Made by a program: the position numbers and the translations under genes. Under the pieces are notes generated by a model. The model was not told the origin of the DNA. It ran no database searches and saw nothing but the letters and a program-made list of their open reading frames with translations. A stretch of DNA of 62,964 nucleotides, counting the filler, from Pelomyxa schiedti (Eukaryota > Protista > Evosea): NCBI GenBank assembly GCA_020536535.1. It is 10 parts of 10 records of this genome, joined end to end, with 100 filler letters (N's around TTAATTAATTAA, not from the genome) between each part and the next. Parts side by side here need not be neighbours in the genome. Positions count along the whole stretch, not along the records: positions 58,906 to 62,964 come from JAHLWZ010000203.1; 9 more parts are not named here. One strand, given 5' to 3'. Shown piece by piece: positions 59,923 through 62,964 of this stretch. How positions within the stretch are numbered: the first letter of the stretch is position 1; each line of letters opens with the position of its first letter.

Positions 59923-62638
59923 ATGTCGCCGCCTTCAGAACCAGCTCCCGACCCCGCTGTGGCTGATCCACGTCGTGATCCTGCGGACTTCATTCGGGCG
60001 TGGTGCTCGCTGTGTGGTTGCACCAGGCCCGCGAGAATACAGCCACTCGTTGCCGTTGCGGCGAGTGTCGCCGGGCCGGCGGAAACCGCGCCGCCGCCGG
60101 CAAGTGCACTCCACGAGGCACCAATGGACAAACCCTGTGTGGTGAAGAAGGAGAAGGAGATAGAGGTGGCCGCGACGGAGCAAGACCAAGAGCAGGAGGA
60201 TGCATCAGAGAGCCCAACGCCGACTGACCCGAAGCGGAGGAAGGATTGCCCCCGCGGACACGCCGAGGTCGGGTTCTGGTGGTGGTGCAGCATGTGCCAG
60301 GCCGCTGGATATGCTGGCGTCGCAGCCAAATTCATGTGCGCTGAGTGCACCAAGATGTTGCCCGAGGGTGGCACCACCCCGATGATGTACTGTGGTTCGT
60401 ATTGGCCCAAAGTTCACTGGGCCCCATGGATGATATCTCATGTCAAGGCTCCATAAAGTACGAGAGTGCAAACTTAAAACTGGTCTGGACCCATTCCTTG
60501 ATTTAATCCTTCCTGAAACAAAGAAAAAGGTTCACAACAAGTTTGAAGAGACCGTTCACCAAGAATTCGACGAGTTGAGGTCAAGACTGCAAAAAAGAGA
60601 AGAGGATGTACTTTCCATGTCGCGGTCAATTNNNNNNNNNNNNNNNNNNNNNNNNNNNNNNNNNNNNNNNNNNNNNNNNNNNNNNNNNNNNNNNNNNNNN
60701 NNNNNNNNNNNNNNNNNNNNNNNNNNNNNNNTCCTGAAACAAAGAAAAAGGTTCACAACAAGTTTGAAGAGACCGTTCACCAAGAATTCGACGAGTTGAG
60801 GTCAAGACTGCAAAAAAGAGAAGAGGATGTACTTTCCATGTCGCGGTCAATTTCATCCACCAAGGGTTTGTTGATCCAACATACATTTCTCCTCCAACTC
60901 TTCAAGATTAATTATAATAATAAGAATATGAATTCTATTGTTAACATCATTCACACAGCTTGTTCATTGTCAAGGCAACTGGACTGTTTTTCCGCTGTCT
61001 TGCACACGTTGAGAAGTATAAATTCAAGTTTGATTCAATGTTGGCAACTGGTGATCCGTTTTCAGTTGTTGAGTTGTGTGATTCAATTCCAGGAATCCTC
61101 AAGGTATTTCGCAAAAATGCCACCAGTTCCCAGACTCACAAACAAGCAGCAACTTGAATGTAAGCCCGAGCACCTGTCACCATGTGCAAATTCATTTTTG
61201 AGTTGTAGCACAGATGACGCTGAACATATGAAGTCTCAAATACCTCAAATGTGCTTCATCTCTGCCACTGGTGTGCTCTGTTTCAGCCACATTCCTACTT
61301 CCAACCAAACTATCACAGGACCGATTCTCACGTGCATCAAAGAGGAACTACTGCCGAACAGTGCAGATACAACAGGAGGCAATGCTGCGGCACACCCTGG
61401 GCGTTTCACGAAATCAGCAGCAACAGACCGAGGCAATCAACCGCGAGTTGGTGATTCCTCCTCGTGCAAAGGTATCATCAGTTTGCGTCTTCAAGATATG
61501 TCTTATTCATTATCGTTTTCCTCAAATATAGGGCCAGAGATCACGGAAGTGTCCAAGCTTCACCAGCAAGGAGGGAAGCTGAAGATAAGAGGACGCGGTT
61601 TTGGTGAATCCCGACAGGCAATCTCTGTTTCAGTCAACAGTATGTGGCGGGGTTCTTCATTTTCCCGTTGCATTAAGTCAGACACCCAGATGTTGTGTGT
61701 GGACGCATACTCCTGAGCAAGCCGCACACGGAGATAACGTGCTCGGCTCCGTCGGTAGCGCAGAGGCATGCACACGAAGGAACACTGATTCTCACGGTTG
61801 CTGGGCAACATGTAACTTCCAGCATCTCTTTTGGTAAGTTTCCTCCCATCTTCACAATTCCATTCTGAACATAAAACCAGGGTGGGAGTGGGACCCAGAC
61901 AGCTGCGGGGACTGCCTTGCAATTCAACCGGATGACAGTACCACGGTGCGGAAGCCTCCACGCAGCCCCCTGCACAACAAGCAGTCGACGGTGACCACCA
62001 CGCAGATCATTGGTGAGGGCGTGTACGAGTGGCACCTCTCCATATCCCCCAACCTCACTGCTGTGGACAACAACAACAACGGGACCATGTGCCACTGGGT
62101 TGCCTATGGCCTCATCCCGAAACCAGTTTTCCAGGACTCTGAGACCCCGCTGGGCTCCATCATGTATGGCTGGACAACCGGGGGTGACCACATGCTGGGC
62201 CCATCGGGGACAGCATTCTTTGCTGACGGTTCATTGCCACCACCTGGACAACAATCGACTGCTGCTGCAGCGGCGGCGGCGGAAGCAACAGGAGGCTGTG
62301 AGGATGTGATGCTGAGGTACAGCCCTGTGGCACATACACTGACCGCAACGTGGCGTTGCCGCAACAACATCGCAATGGTGATTGGGAATGTGCCAAAAGG
62401 GTTGTATCCTGCTGTAAACATATCTGGCCACAACACACAGTCAGGATTGAGTCCTTGTGAGAATGTGGCACTTCAAAAAGAAAGCAAAATGAAACAACAA
62501 GGGCCACTGTGTTTTATTCAACCAATTTTTGTTTTTTTATTTGCAAAATTCAATTTCTCTGTGTTTAATTTCTTTGTGTGTTCTATTGTTACATTTCTAT
62601 TACAACGGTGGTTAGTAAGGAACGTTGGCAAGGGTTAG
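59923..62638 (+). CDS. TRIM-like protein: B-box-like Zn finger, coiled coil, IPT/TIG-like and SPRY-like domains
   Basis: CPRGH...CSMC...CAEC; coiled coil HQEFDELRSRLQKREED; PEITEVS..GGKLKIRGRGFG; GVYEWHL...VAYG...GLYPAVNI. Confidence 0.6.
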
Positions 62639-62964
62639 GGCTGCTTGCTTACAGTTTTGTGGGGATCCCCTCAGAGCCTGCTGCAGGATGCGTTGTTGAT
62701 TGGTTGCGCAGTCACCCAAGTGAGAGGAATCAAGCAACACCCTGAATCCAAAGTGTGCCCACGTTCCCCAATTTGGATGGGATCGGGGAGATTTAACACA
62801 ATTTGTATGCACATTGGAGAGCTGAATTCGTGCCCAAGTTGGTAGTGGGGAATCTCTCCATACCACTAAGTCAGACGCGAAGTCGATTAGCTCCAACCGG
62901 GAAGGGACCAACGCACCCAGGATTAATTAACTGAGTTCATTGTTTGTGCACTTGTCTCCTCTCA

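Overview
Eukaryotic protist DNA, gene-dense and intron-rich, with many very short introns (about 35-60 nt). It most resembles an archamoeba such as Pelomyxa; this is an inference from gene content and style, not a database result. The window is an artificial pseudo-scaffold: nine N-run/TTAATTAATTAA/N-run linkers join ten segments, and four 100-N gaps have duplicated flanks of about 121 bp. Recognisable genes: two membrane class III nucleotide cyclases flanking a PP6 phosphatase, a large VIT/vWA/TPR/DUF2135-type protein, a PH-CRIB-STE20 kinase, GRP94, FKBP25, a partial TKL kinase, Ras, Arf, a degenerate ROCO protein, a cAMP-receptor-like GPCR, a MORN protein and a TRIM-like protein. There are also many members and relics of a lineage-expanded family that shares an N-terminal module. 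Highlights: (1) a bacterial-type VIT-DUF2135 protein carrying six RNA Pol II CTD-like heptads plus an RS domain; (2) a RAG1/Transib-like DDE transposase core; (3) a shuffled, F-box-like N-terminal module fused to different binding domains; (4) a TTAA-flanked MITE next to a hairpin-ended dispersed repeat; (5) a Ras with a G12A-equivalent residue and no CAAX. Exon boundaries were inferred by eye, and all domain calls come from motif recognition only.
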